DNA of 64,000 bases from Cycas panzhihuaensis (taxonomy: Eukaryota; Plantae; Cycadophyta). Positions 25,831 through 41,658 of the stretch are shown here, piece after piece. How positions within the stretch are numbered: position 1 is the first letter of the stretch; every line of letters starts with the position of its first letter. Where the stretch lies: NCBI GenBank assembly GCA_023213395.1, contig CM041465.1, positions 128,099,741 through 128,163,740 of the forward strand, given 5' to 3'. The notes under the pieces are model-generated. The model had not been told where the DNA came from. It saw nothing but the letters and a program-made list of their open reading frames with translations, and ran no database searches. The position numbers and the translations under genes were made by a program.

Positions 25831-28800
25831 ATACTTATTCTTGAATTTGACTTCTTAGAAAAATAATAGTAGGGTTACATTCTAGTCATTAAGATTGATA
25901 AAACCATGAATGCTAAAGCAATTTTTTTGTCATATGTTTTTCTTTTTTCCCCCCATTAGGTTTAACAAAATAAAATAATTACTATGATTGCAAGATCAAT
26001 GGCTTGCTAGCCAATATGTAAACAACCTCAAAATTAAGATTAATAATTTCAAAAAAATAATATAAGTCATCTTAATATTATAAATCCTAATTTTAAATTT
26101 TAAAATTAAGTATAAAATAACTCCAAAAGGGATCATATAATAACTCAAATCAAAACTTCATAAAAAGTAGATCAAATAGATTAGATTGATTTATATTGTG
26201 AGACCATATGAAAGAGTTATGGCAAAATATATACAAGTATTTATTAAAATTTTAAGATGGTTTTTTAAAGTAGACTTTAACCCCTTCTCAAAGTAAACCT
26301 ATTCATAGTATGTTATGCATGTGACCACCTACTAATTATTAGGCAGACTAAATAGACTTTAAAAACTTATACAATTGAATGTAATTAATCTCAACATTAA
26401 AAATAATAAAATTTCCCTAAAAATTTTATTCACATTCTAGCATAGAATTTTTTATAGTAGTGGCAATGATTTTGGTGAGATCAAGGGTAAATTTAAAATA
26501 AAATGAGCAATCAAAGAGCTAATCTAACAAGATGAGTATCTACAATTGGACCAACATAGTATGTTAGCGCTTAACAAGTCTTACAAAATGTAATGAAAGT
26601 ATAAAAAATGCTTTTAGATAATGCACAAGCTACTAGAACTATGAAGAGGGTTATAGATATCACGCAATATGCCAAAGAGTATGCAAAGACCATGGGATGC
26701 TAAATCTATCCATAGATGAATTAGGAGGATTATGAAGATATATTTAGCAAAAAAACCTTTAAAAGTGAAAAGAGTGGATCTATCTTTCATCTCCATGTAC
26801 TAAACACAAAGGTAAATATGGGAGCAAGAGAGACTTAAGAGAAAGAGAGTAGCTCTCAAAAAACAGGGAGGTAAGAATAAGCCTCCTCCATTGAGCTTTT
26901 ACTTTTATATTGAGAGAGGCAGCATTAGAGTTAGGTGAAATGAAATTATATATAATGCACATGAAAGTGCATTTTACTTAAGTGATCTAATTTAAAGTTC
27001 ACTTAAGACTCTTTTAGGAATACTCAACTAATACAATGACCTTGTGATATTAACCCATTACAATCTCCCCCTTAATGGTAAAAGGTCATTTTATCTTTAT
27101 TCTATCTTATGAGGTCTTCATTTGAGCCTCTTACAAAGCAAACTACTATGACACTTTTATGGAAAACCCTCATGGGGAAGAAAAACCATGGACTTTCTAA
27201 TCTATTAACGTAGCTTAGGTGGCTCTTTAAATGAAGCTAGATAGCCAATTGGTACAATGAATTTTAGAGTTGAAATCTATTGAGTCTCCATATACCATTT
27301 GGTTATCCTCCATATCCTTTCAGGTTTTCACAGGTTTTGATTTTCCAAAATGATATAACCCTTATCTTTTCACACCCACAAGGGGATTTTACGAATGGGA
27401 TAGAGTAGAGACTTACTTTTATCCTTTTGCATCCACAATGGGTTTTCATGAATGAGACAAAGTATGATGGTCCTATTTTAATCTCCTTCAATCAATTAGA
27501 GATAGAGGTCCTAAGGTTAAGTTGCCTTCAGAAATATTCAAACTTCACCTTTTATAATAGTTTGGAGAAGATATCGACCACTTCATCTACTGTAGGGCAG
27601 TACTCTAGTTGAATTATGTCATCATGAACTAGTTCTCTAATCCTCTGGACTTTCATACTTATATGTTTGGTATGATCATGAAATATAAGATTTTTAGCCA
27701 TTTGGATTGTAAATTAATTATCCACACATAGGCTGGTAGGACTTGTTTAGGTGACATTTAATGTATTCAATAATTTTCTAAACCATATTACCTCCTTGCT
27801 TGTCTTAGAAGCAACAATATATTTAGGTTTGACAATTGAGTCTACAATTATCTTCTGTCGTCTGGATCTCTATGATATTGGTGCTATTCTAAGAAATGCT
27901 ACGTAACTGGACGTGGATCTTTCTGTGACTTTATCTCTAGCAAAGTCTAAGTCTATTTATACATAAAATTTAAATTTTGCATTAGGTTCATATAATAGAC
28001 CATATTTGCTGGTCCTCTTCAGGTACCTTAACACTTGTATTATAGCTTGCTAGTGATTCTGCTTAGGATTTGTTATGAATCTTACAAGAATGTTGATAGA
28101 GTATGCGATATCTAACCTTGTGTTGGTAGTATAGATGAGACTACCTACAAGTTACATATACAGTGTTGTGTTTGCCTCCCTAGTGTCACCATCAATTGAG
28201 AGTTTAACATTAAGTTCCATAGGTATAGCCACTGGTCGAGCATCTTCTAACTAAAACTTTGTCAGAAGATCGTTGATATATTTTTCTTGGGAGAGAAAGA
28301 TTTTTCCATTCTTTTGAGATACTTAATTCTTAGGTAATATTTCATCAACCTGAGGTCAAACAATTCAAAAGTTTTAATAAGGTGCTTCTTTAACTGGCTG
28401 ATTATGTATTCACTATTTCTCATTATTAACATATTATCCACAAAGATTAAGAGGTAAGCGACTTTATCATTTTAGCACTTTATAAATTGTGTTGCATCAA
28501 TATCTTGATAATTACAAACCTTATATCTAAGTTGCCTCATTCTTTCAAACAACTCGGTAAACTAAGCATGAGGGGCTTATTTTAGGCCATACAAGGACTT
28601 TTTGAGCCTATAAACCTTATGCTCCAAATCAATAATTTTGTATCCTTTTAGTTGAGCCTTGTAAATTTTTTCTTTAATGTCCTTGTTGAGAAATGTGGTC
28701 TTAACATTGAGCTGGTGGATTTTCCAACCCTGTTGAGTAACCAAGGTTATAAGAGTTTCGATTGTAGGTCACTTAGTTGTAGGAGTAAAGATTTCATTGT

Positions 28801-29456
28801 AGTCATTGCCTTCCCTTTATGTGAATCCTTTTGCTACCAACCTCACCTTGTATGTTTCTATGGTGTCATCTGATCTATATTTATTTTTAAATACCTATTT
28901 ATTTCGAACTACCTTTCTTCTAAGTGGTAGATCAATAAGATCCCATGTACTGTTCTTAATAAGAGATTCATACTCTTCATTCATAGAATTTCTTCAAGTT
29001 GCACGTTTTACAACTTCTTGGTATATTACGAGCTCTTCATTGAGAGCAAGGTACAATTTTATTGGTTTAACCTCAATGGAAAGTGATTCGTACATCCTTG
29101 CTCTATGGGCACTTCTCATGTCAGTTTTATCTACTTCATCTAGTCGTATGTCATTCTATAGCTGGTAGGCTTTATGAAAACCTCAAATTGGGAATGAGGT
29201 TTTCATTTCCACAACCTCTTGGTATTTATTTTGATCTTGAAAAGGATTATGTGAAATGTTTAGCATAGAGAAAGTTAACATTATTGGAGAAGATGGGCCA
29301 GCTACTAATGTTGGAGAAGGTGGTCCTTTTATTATGGCTTTGCCTTTATCAACTTGGTTGTTCTCAAATGATGGTATTAGATTTACATATATCAGTTGGG
29401 AGTCATAACTTGTATCCTCTGGGGATCTATTATTAGATTCCAAGATTTTAAGTAAC

Positions 29457-32400
29457 TATTTAGAAGATAAGGTCCCAACCCTTAAACTGCCACCAAGATC
29501 TAAACTATTCTTGTAACTAGTTACAGCAATCGAAACTAAAATTTAATATGCAAGTTCTTAAAACCAGAGATAAAATAATAAAATAAACAAGAAAGCCAAG
29601 AATCATATATACACCTGATATAACGTGGTAAAACCCTAACAGTGTGTTAGGGAAACATCCACACAGGAAAGGTATCAATCTTTATTATTGTAGAATGGAG
29701 AAAATGTACATAATCCTATAGTAGAATGCTCAGAGAAATAACAACCAGCCGCCCAACTCCTTATAATACATTGAATGCTATCAACATAATGAAAAATACC
29801 CTAAATCAGGCTATATGAGAGGGTTATCTAAGGCATAAATCTCGACCGTAGAATATAGGGTATTTTGAGCAAATGACCCTTATTCTCTTTACAATTTAGT
29901 ATACTTTCTAGTGTTAAATTTTTGGGTTAGGGGCTATCATCCCTGAACCCCCTTTTTGCATGGGGCATTCTATGCCCCCTGTACCCCTAGCCAGGGGGGG
30001 CTCCCACCCTCCTTGGAACCCCCCAATGAAGGTTTGAGGGGGAAATCGTGCTGCCAACATGTCGAAATTTTAGCCTCCAACCATTGTTATTACATTACCT
30101 AACAATATTTACCTTGACAACAATTTACTTGGTACCTTTCCTAGACCCTTCATCACCTTTTCTGCAAGCCAAGAGAAGTTAAACACCATTTGAACTTCTC
30201 TAATAATACTAGTTTTGTAAACATATTAGCACAATTTTATTTTATGTTAACCTTCTCAAGTGCCACTCCACCTACTTCCACAACCTGTCTAACAAAATGG
30301 TACTTAAGAATAATATGCTTTGTCCTACTATGATAGGCTGGATTCTTGGCTACGTAAATGACACTTTGATTATCACAAAATACCTTTACCTTTTCTTGTT
30401 TTCTTCCAAGCTCATCTAATAGACCCTATAACCATATTGCTTCTTTACAAGCATATGTTGCAGTAACATGTTCAGCTTCTATAGTCGATAATGCAATTGT
30501 ACTCTGCAATTTTGATATCCAACTAACTGGACCATTTGCAAGAGTGAATACATAACTTGAAGTAGAACTTCTCTTATCTAAATCTCCTATAAAGTTTGAA
30601 TCAACATATCCATAAACCTGATTACTTGTACCTCTAAAGGTGATGCAATACTTATTTATACCTCTCAAATACCGAAGCACCCATTTCATTGCTACCCAAT
30701 GTTCATTTCCTGGATTTACCATAAACCTACTAACTACACTGATTTCATGTGAAATGTCAGGTCTTGTACATACCATGGCATACATCAAACTTCTTACTGC
30801 ACTGGCATAAGGTACATAAGACATATAATCATTTTCTTTTTCATTACTAGGACTTATACTTGAAGAAAGCTTGAAATAAGAAGCCAATAGGATACTCACT
30901 AGTTTCACATTTGCCATACCAAACCTGGTTAGCACCTTCTCCACATATTTCTACTGTGATAACCATAGCTTACCATTTTTCCTGTCTCTGTGTATCTCCA
31001 TACCTAAGATTTGTTTCACAACTCCTAGATCCTTCATATCAAAAGTCCTAGCTAATTGAGCCTTTAACTTATTGATTTCTTCTATGCTCTTGCTTGCAAC
31101 CAATATGTTATCAACATATAATACCAAGATAATGAATAAACCATTGTTCATGAATTTAAAGTAAATACAATGATCATACTCACTTATTTTAAAATTTTAG
31201 CCCTCCATAAAGGCATCAAACTTCTTGTACCATTATCTGGATGATTACTTTAAGCCATACAATGATTTCTTAAGCGTACAAACAAGTCTTTTTCTGCCAT
31301 CCTGTATAAACCCTTATGGCTGATCCATATAGATCTCCTCATCTAAATCTCCATGTAGAAAAGTTATTTTTACATTTAATAGCTCCAACTCCAAATCAAG
31401 AGAAGCTACTAATGCTAATAACACTTGAATTGAAGACAAGTTTGACAACTGGTGAAAAGATTTCATGAAAGCTAATACCTACTTTCTGTTCAAAGCCTTT
31501 ACCCACCAATCTTGCCCTGTATTTATCAACATTTCCATCAACATCTGTTTTCATCTTAAAAACCCACCTGCAACCAATAGTCTTCCTACCATGTGGAAGT
31601 TCTACCAAGTCCCATGAATTATTTTTCTTCAAAACATCTATCTCTTCCTACATATCCCTCTTCCACTTCTCACTATGGATATTATCTACAACTTCTTGAT
31701 AACATGTAGGCTCACCATCTTTAGAAATCAAAGTAATATAAATAGAAGGGTTGTACCTATCAGGTGGATTACTAACTCGAGTAGATATTCTAACTGCTGG
31801 CAGAGGAGTGTCCACATACTCTTGTAAATTTGTTGCAGATTCATCTTCAGAAAGATCTTCCCACTCTTTTGATTCCAAAGATGGCTGGGTTTCAAACTTG
31901 ACCTGTTGATGTTTAACTTTCTGCTCCTATTTCACTTTAACTTCTACACTATCTAATTTTAGAATGGGAGATTCATTAAATACAACATCTCTATTAATGG
32001 TGATTTTGTAGGCAGTAGGATCCCATAACTTGTATCCCTTCAGACCATCTTTATCACCACAACCAACAAAGATACATCTCTTAGATTTTGGGTCTAACTT
32101 TGAATGTTTACTTTTATTAATCTAGGCATAAGCATCACAACTAAAAACTTTCAAATTTGAATAGTCACATGGATGTCCAGTCTATACCTCTTCAAGAATC
32201 TTACAATCTATTGCAAGTGATGGTGACTTGTTTACCAAATAACAAGTTGTTTGAATAACTTCTGCCCATAAGCCCTGCTCCACTCCAGCATTACTTAGCA
32301 TGCTTCTTGCTCTTTCCAAGAGTGCCCTATTCATGCACTCAGTAATGCCATTTTATTGTGGAGTATAACTAGTGGTCTTATGCCTTTCAATCCCAACTTC

Positions 32401-34766
32401 TCTACAATAGTTCTCAAACTCGAAGGAGTTGAACTCACCTCCATTGTCAGTTCTTAAACATTTAATTGACTTACTAGTGTTGTTCTCAACTAAAGCCTTG
32501 AACTACTTAAACATGCTGAAAACTTTAAATTTCTTTTTTAAAAAATAGACCCATACCTTTCTGGAGTAATCATCTATAAATATGACAAAGTAAAATGATC
32601 CTCCACAAGATATTGTAGGGGTTAGTCCCCACACATCTGAATGTATGTAATCTAGAACACCTTTACTAGTGTGACTTCCTACTTTAAACCTGAGTCTACA
32701 CTGCTTTCTAAAAATATAATATTTACAGAAAGCCAAATCTGAAACTTGTAAGTTAGGAAGTAACTTACGATTTATCAGTACCTTAAGTTCTTTCTCATTC
32801 ATGCACCCAAGTCTCAGATGCCATAACTGAGCTGGATCTTCTGTAGTCTTTGATGCTATGGATGCATGGTTAACATCTCTACTTCCCACTAAAATGTAAA
32901 GGTTTCATTTCTTTAAGGCTTTCATAACAACCAAGGCATCCTTTGATACCTTTAAGACTCCTTCATGACCAGTATGCTTATAACCACCTGAATCTAGTTC
33001 ACCCAAGAAAATCAGATTCCTTTTCAGATTAGGTACATGTATAACCTCAGTTAATGTTCTCACTACACCATTGAACATCTTACTTCTGATGCTACTAATG
33101 CCCACTATCTTACAAGAAACTTCATTTCTCAAAAGCACATCACCACCATCAAGAGGTTGGTACGATGAGAACCAACTCTTGTGTGGACATATATGGTGTG
33201 AAGTACCTGAATCTAATAACTAGTCATGGTGATAATGGGAAACATTATAAGCAACCAAGACATCATCATCTATACCTTAATTTGACTCCACCTGATTAGT
33301 CTCCTTGGTAGGATCTTCCTTTTTTGGAACTCCTTCCTTTTGAAGCAATCCTTCTTAAGGTGACCGGTCTTATTACAATGCTAATACTTGAGCTTACTCT
33401 TCTTACCTTTTGACTTCGACCTCGATATATCCCTGGAGCTTTGTCCTCTATCAATTGTTCTACCCCTTGCTATCATAGCTTCTAGTGTGGAGGTATCAAG
33501 ATTAGACTTTGCACTTCTTCCATCAGCAAAGCACTCATAACAGAATTATATTTTAATTTATCTATAGTACTAAAACTAATTGAGATGACAATATTATCCC
33601 AGGATTCTGGTAATGAACATAACAAGATAATGACCTTGTCCTCATCCTCAGTTTTAAGATTGATACTAGCCAATTGACAAATAAAAGCATTGAAAACATT
33701 TAAATGGTCAGTAATTTTTGTACCTTCCTTCATCTGTAATGAGTATAACTATCTCTTTAAGTAGATTCAATTCGTCACTAATTTGGTCATATATAGGCCT
33801 TCCAATCAGGTCCATAATCCTACTATTGTCTGCTCTCTTACGACGTTAAATAGAACTTCATCTACCAAGTACAATCGTATTGTACTAAGAGCTTTCTTGT
33901 CTAGATCATTCTATTTGTTATCATCCATCCCTACAGGTTCCTTTATCTTACCTGCAAGAGCTATGTACAAACCTTATTGTACAAGAACATCATACACTTT
34001 TAACTTCCACAACTCGAAGTTGTTCTTGCCATTAAATTTCTCTACCTCAAACTTTACACTTGCCAGTTTCACCATTTGGTATAATAGAAGATGATACCAA
34101 AACCTTCACAAACTCCCTACAAAAATAAAAGTGGCTATGATACCACTTGTTGAGAAGATAAGGTCCCAACCCTTAAACCGCCACCAAGATCTAAACTATT
34201 CTTGTAACTAGTTATAAGAATCGAAATTAAAATTTAACATGCAAGTTCTTAAAACTAGAGATAAAATAATTAAATAAACAAGAAAACCAAGCATCACATA
34301 TACACCTAATATAGTGTGGTAAAACCCTAGTAGTGTGCTAAGGAAACATCCACACAGGAAAAGTATCGATCTTTATTGTTATAGAATGGAGAAAATGTAC
34401 ATAATCCTCTAGTAGAGTACTTACAGTAATAACAACTAGTGGCCCAACTCCTCACAGTACATTGAACACTATCAACATAATGAAAAATGCCCTAAATCGG
34501 GCTACATGAGAGGGTCATCCAAGGCACAAATCTCGATCGTAGAATCTATGGTATTTTGAGCGAACGACCCTAATTCTTTTTACAATTTAATATACTTTCC
34601 AGTGCTAAAATTTTGGGTCGGGGGATTCAATTTCCCCCCCCCATCCCCCTGGCCAAGGAGGGTTGCTGCCCCAGTTGGAACCCCCCGAGGAAGGTTTGGG
34701 AAGAAAACTGCACTGCCAACATGTCAAAATTTTAGCCTCCAACCATTGTTATTACATTACCTAACA
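29457..34766 (-). mobile_element. Full-length degenerate Ty1/copia element Y, Tnt1/Tork-like, nested in X
   Basis: LTRs at 29457-30104 and 34148-34766. PBS TGGTATCATAGC at 34134-34145. TSD GTAAC/CTAAC. Gag start MVKLASVKFEVEKFNGKNNFELWK, integrase LDYIHSDVWG/FIDDYSRKVWVYFLK, RT LVLYVDNIL, RNase H ALSTIEAE. Many stops. Confidence 0.95.
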
Positions 34767-37527
34767 CTAACTATTGAGCATCTCCCCCATTCTAAATTTT
34801 GGAATCTAGACATCAAATTTAGTAGCATCATTAAATCGATAGGAAGGCATCTTGGAGTCAAATCTAAGTAATTAATCTTTAATCTCTACAAAAATAACAT
34901 CTTTAGTGATGATGATTTTACATTATGAAGGTAGAAAAACCTTGTATTCCTTTCTGTCCATAGGATATCTAACAAAGTTGCCTTTAAGGTCTCTATCTTG
35001 AAGCTTATTTTTGTGTTCCTCTAAAATATAAGCATAACAAGTAGAGCAAAAAAATTTGAAGTGGAAGATACTGGGGATTTGTCCATACCACATTTCATGT
35101 AGAGAGGGGGCAAGCTTGGAGGGACTAATAGTGTTGATGTAATACACAATAGTCCAGATAGCCTCAAACTAAAGATAAATACGGACATACTTGTATATCA
35201 TTATATCACGAGCCATGTTTATAATAGTCTTATTCATGCACTCGGCAACTCCATTTTATTAGGGTGTACCTACAACAATAGTCTGATATTTGATCCTATG
35301 GTGATGTAGGTACGATTCAAACTCATTGAAGGTGTACTCACCACCATTATCAGTCCTGAGTATTTTGATCTTGAATCCAGATTTATTTTTCATATAGGCA
35401 TTGAAAGCTTGAAACATAGAAAAAGCTTCATCTTTCTTTACAAGGAAAGTAACCCATACTTTCTTGATAAAATCATCAATAAAAGTAATATAGTAATACT
35501 TCTATTTGATAGAAGGAATGGGCATAGGAACACATATATCTGAGTGTACAAGCTACAAAGGTTGACTAAATTTTCATTGACTATAAGGAAAGGGTTGTCT
35601 TTGAGATTTAACAATGATGTATGCTTCGCATTTGAAGGGCTTAGAGGAGAGCCTAGGTATACCAGGAAGAGTGACATATAGTTCTCTTAAATGATCAATT
35701 TTTATATGGACCATATGAGCATTCCATAAGGCCTCTTAGGATAACTTTTGAGGAGTTAGGGTTATGGTAAAAGCAAAGGCATCATTAATATAATTGGCTT
35801 CAAAGGATGGTGAGCCAGTTAGGTAAAAATAATTATCATTAAGAATTCTAGTCATAACCATAGTATTTGAAGTAGGGTGAATGACATAGAGAGCTTGATT
35901 ATTTATAGTTATACTTAGATCAAATATGTGATAGACAAGGGTGGATAAGGAGAGTAAGTTATACTTTAGAGTAGGAATATATAAAACATCAACAAGGATA
36001 AAGTCTGGAAGGCCTGTGAGTTTCAAGTAAATAGTTCCAAGCCCTTCGACTAGTTGAGATGATTTGTCAACCATGTGTACAATAGCACAAACTTCAGAGT
36101 CAAAATCTTAAAAGAACTAGTAATGATAAGTCATATATTGTATTATTCCAGTATCCATTATCTAAGATGAAGTATTTGAGGTGGCATTATTTATAACTCT
36201 AGGTGGTGAATGTAAAAGTGAATAAGCATAACTACAATGAGCCTCAATATACTTAGTAGATCTATTAACAACATTTGATGAAGTGGTCCCAATTCTTTGA
36301 AGGTATGCATGAGCAAATTATATTCCACGAAAAGCCTCTTTAAAAGAAGTATTATCAACATTATATGCACCATGGTGGTGTTGATAGCTTAGTAGTTTGT
36401 TGGTGGCTATTTTATAATTTCTAGTATAGTGTCCTTTTCTATGATACCTTTGGCATACAATTATTTGATTTCCAATCCCATAAGAAGTATTGGGCTAGTT
36501 GGATTATCTTTGATTGCTAGATCTGGGTCTAGGTTGATTATTTTGGCCTTAGCCTTGAGACTATTTTTATTAGACTTGAGGAGCCTATTGACCATGAGGA
36601 TATTATCTTTTTGTCTATCTTTGCCTCTTCTACATGAATTGCCACCTCTGTGAGAGGATTGACCTTGATTTTTAGTATAAAAAAGATCTTCTTCTACTTC
36701 AGAAGCAACATCAACTAGATTTGATATAGTAGCAAAGTTAGTATTAAAGGTCTTATCAAATTCGATGAACTTATCAACAAGATACTTAAAGTTTAGGGTC
36801 TTTAAAGTGCCACTAAATTAAAGACTTCCTAGTAGATCTTTATAATCTGGGATATGGAGATATGACTGAACTAAGAAAGCCTATATAATGTATCGAGTCT
36901 TGAAATCTCTATTGATGGCTTACTTGATTTGACGAAGAAGATTGATTGTCTCACTTGCATGTCATTTCTATATTTTTAATTTATTCATCTTCGGTACTAA
37001 GTGAACAAAGTCCAAGTTTGATTTAGTGTTAAATTTCTTATTGAGAACTTCAAGAACTTTCCATGTTGTATCATATACAGATTCATCAATGATGTTATGT
37101 AGGGAATAATTAGTAATAAGAAGTATCTTGCACAAATTTTATCATCATCAAGTTCCGATTGGAATTTGGTTGTAGCTTTAAAGGGAGCAATTCCACCAAA
37201 ATCAGTTGTGGTAGCTGTAGCAGTAACAAATGGTGTAAGTTACAAGTGATCTCTCTAAAGACCTTCATACTTTATAGCATTTCTAACACCATTGAACCAC
37301 ATGTCCCAATTTTATTTCCCTTTAAGAATGTAGTTTACATTTTTCTTGAACTGTGAAGATATAATATCTTTTGAGAAGGGAAGAAATGAATAAGAGACTA
37401 TAAAAGTGATGGCAATAAATGACCAATTACTATTTATAAATGGGAGATGTAATGAAGCAATGTAGCAAAAGAAAGAAGAAGTGAGAATGGTTGCTTAAAT
37501 ATAAAGGGAGTAACTTAGAGAAAAATC

Positions 37528-37720
37528 ACTAACACTTGTGACAAATATTAACCTAATATATCAAGAATATGAGAAGCACTATGATTAAATTGGCCACCAA
37601 CACTTGTGGCAAATATTAACCTAATGCAATAGAAATATGAGAAGCACTATGATGAAAATTGGCCACTAACACTTGTGGCAAATATTAACCTGATGCAATA
37701 GGAATATGAGAAGCACTATG
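37528..37720. repeat. Three tandem ~68-bp units in the 5' leader of element X
   Basis: CACTAACACTTGTGGCAAATATTAACCTAATGCAATAGGAATATGAGAAGCACTATGA repeated three times with variation. Confidence 0.9.
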
Positions 37721-40700
37721 ACTATGATTACACTATGGATTACTTTTTACAAATAAGTAAGTGATCAATATATAAGATTGTAGGCCAATGTGGAAGCTGA
37801 CATCATTGGGTGTATATAACTTGAAACTTAAATGTAGGATGCATAATTAACCCAATAACCTCTAACTTGGGTCAAACATATAGTTAAGGTTATTGAAGGG
37901 ATGCTTATGCTTCTAGTAGAATTAAATTGGCCTTCATCTGTGATACCTGTAATTGTGTTTGGTGATGAAATCCAAGTCACAACGGAGCCCAGCTACTTCT
38001 AATCCTCATCCAATTCATCAAGGAGTAGCTATATACCTCCTTCAAAGAGTGGTACATGCATATCAATGGCTATGATGGATATTGGATTGGGTATATTTTA
38101 ATCTTGTATTAAAGTTTTAGTTTTTCTTATTGGTTATCAAGATGATCCCTGATTGGGGCACGATGATATGACTAATCAAACCTCACCAATATTCTGGTTT
38201 AGCCCAGTCCCAACTTGAAACCCATACCTCCTTTCTGGCATGGCATTCTATCAACCAAGGTATCTCAACCTTGGTGAGTGTATGAATAGATACAAGATGG
38301 TAGAAAATAATACACATGATGTGTTCCTTTTAGGGAAAGTGAAAAGATTATCAAATTTGCATTAAACGTATATATACCTAAAAATAGAGTGCTTGCTTAG
38401 AGTGTTTTTAGAATGCTTTCTTAAAGTGATTTTGGAGTATTAATAGGTGAGTGAGGACACTAGATATTGCTCTAATCTAGGTGTTTTCTTACTTACTTTT
38501 ATAATAGGTTTTTAAGCCTTATAAAAAGAAGGAAGAAAATTTCTTCACTTTTTTTTTTTCAAACAAAAAAGTAGTCTTCACTAGAATAGCAATAACTTTC
38601 TCCTATGATAATAAAATTAAATTCTAAATTTTGTACTACAAACTAGACTTAGAGCTACATCTTTGGGAAGTGAAATCAGGTCTAAATGAGTTCTACAAAA
38701 TTTTTGGCAGTCCCACAAAGTTGGTGGAATATATTTTTCTAAAATTCTTACTAAAAATAACTATTGTTCACTAAAATAGTAATAACTTTCTCATACAACA
38801 ATGAAATTAGGTGCTAATTTTTGTGATAAAAATGAGACTTAGTGCCTCATATTTAGTAATTAGAATTAGGTCAATTAGAGCTCTGTAGAATTTTTGGCAA
38901 ATATGTGAAGTTCAATAAGTAGATTGTATTTCTGCAGAAAATTTAGCTTGCAAAAATCTCATCAACACATGATACCATATGAAATTTCCATCAGTTTTTT
39001 ATCATCGAGATCCTAGTATGGGCAAGGTGAAAATATACAATGATAGATATTTTAAATGGCTCTAAATTCTGAAAAAAAGTTGGTAGAACCTCCCCTTACA
39101 AATATTCTTCTAAATGCTAGAAAAATTTTGCCAGTATTTCCTCTTGTTAAACAGATAAAAAGAGGGAAAAGAAAAGAAGAATGACATAGCATGAATGGCT
39201 ACTAAAGGATTGAAATCCTTAGGCCTTACAACTCCTTCTATTGTGATTTCAAACCTGCAAAAGAGAAAAAGAAAGTAAACAATACTAAATATGCTATAAT
39301 AAAAACTTGAAAATATTTCTAAATCCACTTTCACAATCTCCTTCACCACATAGATTGTGGGGGAGAAAGAAGTGATGACTCCATTGCAAGTGCAAGTGAG
39401 GAATATAAAAGAAGCAAGCTCTGATACCACATGAAAATAGTAGATCTATCCTTCATCTCCATGTACTAAATACAAAGACAATCATGGGAGTAAGAGAGAC
39501 TTGAAGGAAAAAGAGTAGCTTTCACAAAATGGGGAGGTAAGAATGAGCCTTCTCCATTGAGACTTTACTTTTATATTGAGAGAGGGAGCATTAGAGTTAG
39601 GTGAAATGAAATTACACATAGTGCATATAAAAGTGTATTTCACTTAAGTGATCTAATTTAAAGTTCACTTAAGACCCTTTTAGGAATAATCAACTAATGT
39701 AATGACCTTTTGACATTAACCCATTACAAGAAGATCATGGAAACTACGATTGAACTTTAAGAATAACATTGCGACTCTTTGTGTTAAAATTCTTCCTTAT
39801 TTTAAACCATGTAGAGATTAAATGGCCATAATAGACTCGTTAATACTATAGTTAGCCAAAACATATCAAAAGATTACATTAAGATATAAATAATATAATG
39901 GATAGATTGTACCCTCCTCTTAGAGATGCTAAAGCTTTTTAGATCCAATGTTGAAGGAAACATGGTCTCCCTAAAATGTATCAAGGACCTACAATAAGAA
40001 AGAAACCACAATGGTTTTTTTAGAGAGTTGTTGATGAAGAGAAGTTGAAGCATAAAGCACAGATTCGAGCTAAGATCACCAAAACTAATATCACTTGTAA
40101 TGGTTCTTGGATATGCTACTTAGAGTTCTATACGTATATGAAATGAAAAGTCAAACAAATAGAAAGGAAGTCAAAACAAAGCTAAGCAACTAAGTTATTC
40201 TTCAATAGAGGATATAAATTTGGCAATTGATAATCAATTAACCTTTGCACATATGCAAAGAGAGGATACAACCTTTTGTATTTGCCTTCACTAAACATTG
40301 TGCTATTATTATTAATCTTAGTGCTAATACGCTTATCAATTGTTGTGTAGACTATTAATCTTTGTGCACTTTTAAACATATTGCTATACACACATGATAT
40401 TACTACAACTAACCTTAATCTAACTAATTTCACTTATTCACTATATAGATGTGAGACATACTTCAATAACATTATTGGTTCATGTTTCCAACATCTAAAT
40501 CTTTTATGATGTCATCACTTGGAACATTTGTATCTCAAGCATGAACATTAATAACTATAGATAATGCATATGATCACATAAATAATTAATATGCTATCTC
40601 TATTTTAGGATCCATCTTTCTGATCTTAGGCCTCTAACCCTCAATTAGGTATGATTTCTCTCTCACATATTAAATATATATAAATTGCGTATCATTTATC

Positions 40701-41658
40701 TTTTGCTAAATTTGATTGCCTTTATTTACTTGTCATTTTATCTTACATTATATTTTGATTAAGCATTTGCTTCTCTATATTGCATCCTTGCTCATCAATG
40801 ATGGAAATAAGATTTGTTCCTCCCAATTAACTCATGTTATAGAGGCACAACTTTAGAGGCTAAATGAATACTCGTGACAATCACTATGATACATCTAATT
40901 TGAAAAATCTCAATGTTTCTTTATAAATAAGAATGACTCATTAACTTGGTCTGAGAAATAGGTTGGTAAATGATTAAGCCCAATTAAGTGTTCATATTTT
41001 TTGGAATCCATTTCGACTTTAATGTGTCATCCAAATCCAAATAGATGTGAAATTGGGTCTTGGTAAAAATAATAAAAGATAGTCTATGTAAAACGTGAAA
41101 AACCTCTTTATAACTAGCACATTGTAAACTACCACTAATGTTTGAATGACATCCTACGTCTATTATTTATCACTCTAGCACATTTTAAATGCCTCTTACA
41201 TATCCTTAATTAAGTTATTTAAGAATTATTTGTGGGCTAGACTTTATGAGAAAAACAATGGTAAGAGTAGCTTGGATTGTATGTTGTCTTCCCAAGAGAG
41301 GAGGGAGGTTGAAGTGATATGTTGTAGGTCATTGATCTCAAAACTCAATACAAAGGAATATCCAAATTATTTATGGGCAATCACTCATATCCTACTACCA
41401 CGGTTGGGTGCTCTTGATCACATTATCAAACACATCAAATGGCCGAAAAATCATTTAGTTACCAACTCTCAAACATACATCTCATCCTTAGACTCCTTAG
41501 CCGCCGATAGTGTCTCCTTTAAACAAAGTTTAAAAGAATTCAGCGTATTTGGAAGACCGCATGAGGCCAGGCATAACATTAATTTTTAGTAATACGAAAT
41601 GAACCGTCTTATCCATTTATCAGTTGTGTGATTTTAACAAATGATGATTTGTTTGTTG

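Larger units (their letters stand above)
26766..39728 (-). mobile_element. Full-length degenerate Ty1/copia element X (host of nested element Y)
   Basis: 297-bp LTRs at 26766-27062 and 39432-39728 (TG...CA). PBS TGGTATCAGAGC (tRNA-iMet) at 39418-39429. PPT at 27063-27073. TSD AAAAG/AGAAG. gag-PR-INT remains at 34900-37350 and RT-RNase H at 27550-29000. Confidence 0.93.

Noticed and set aside
41230-41589. Similar plus-strand ORFs at 9040-9246 and 41230-41589
   Set aside because: Similarity is explained by the duplication. Starts and stops are not shared, and there is no recognisable domain.
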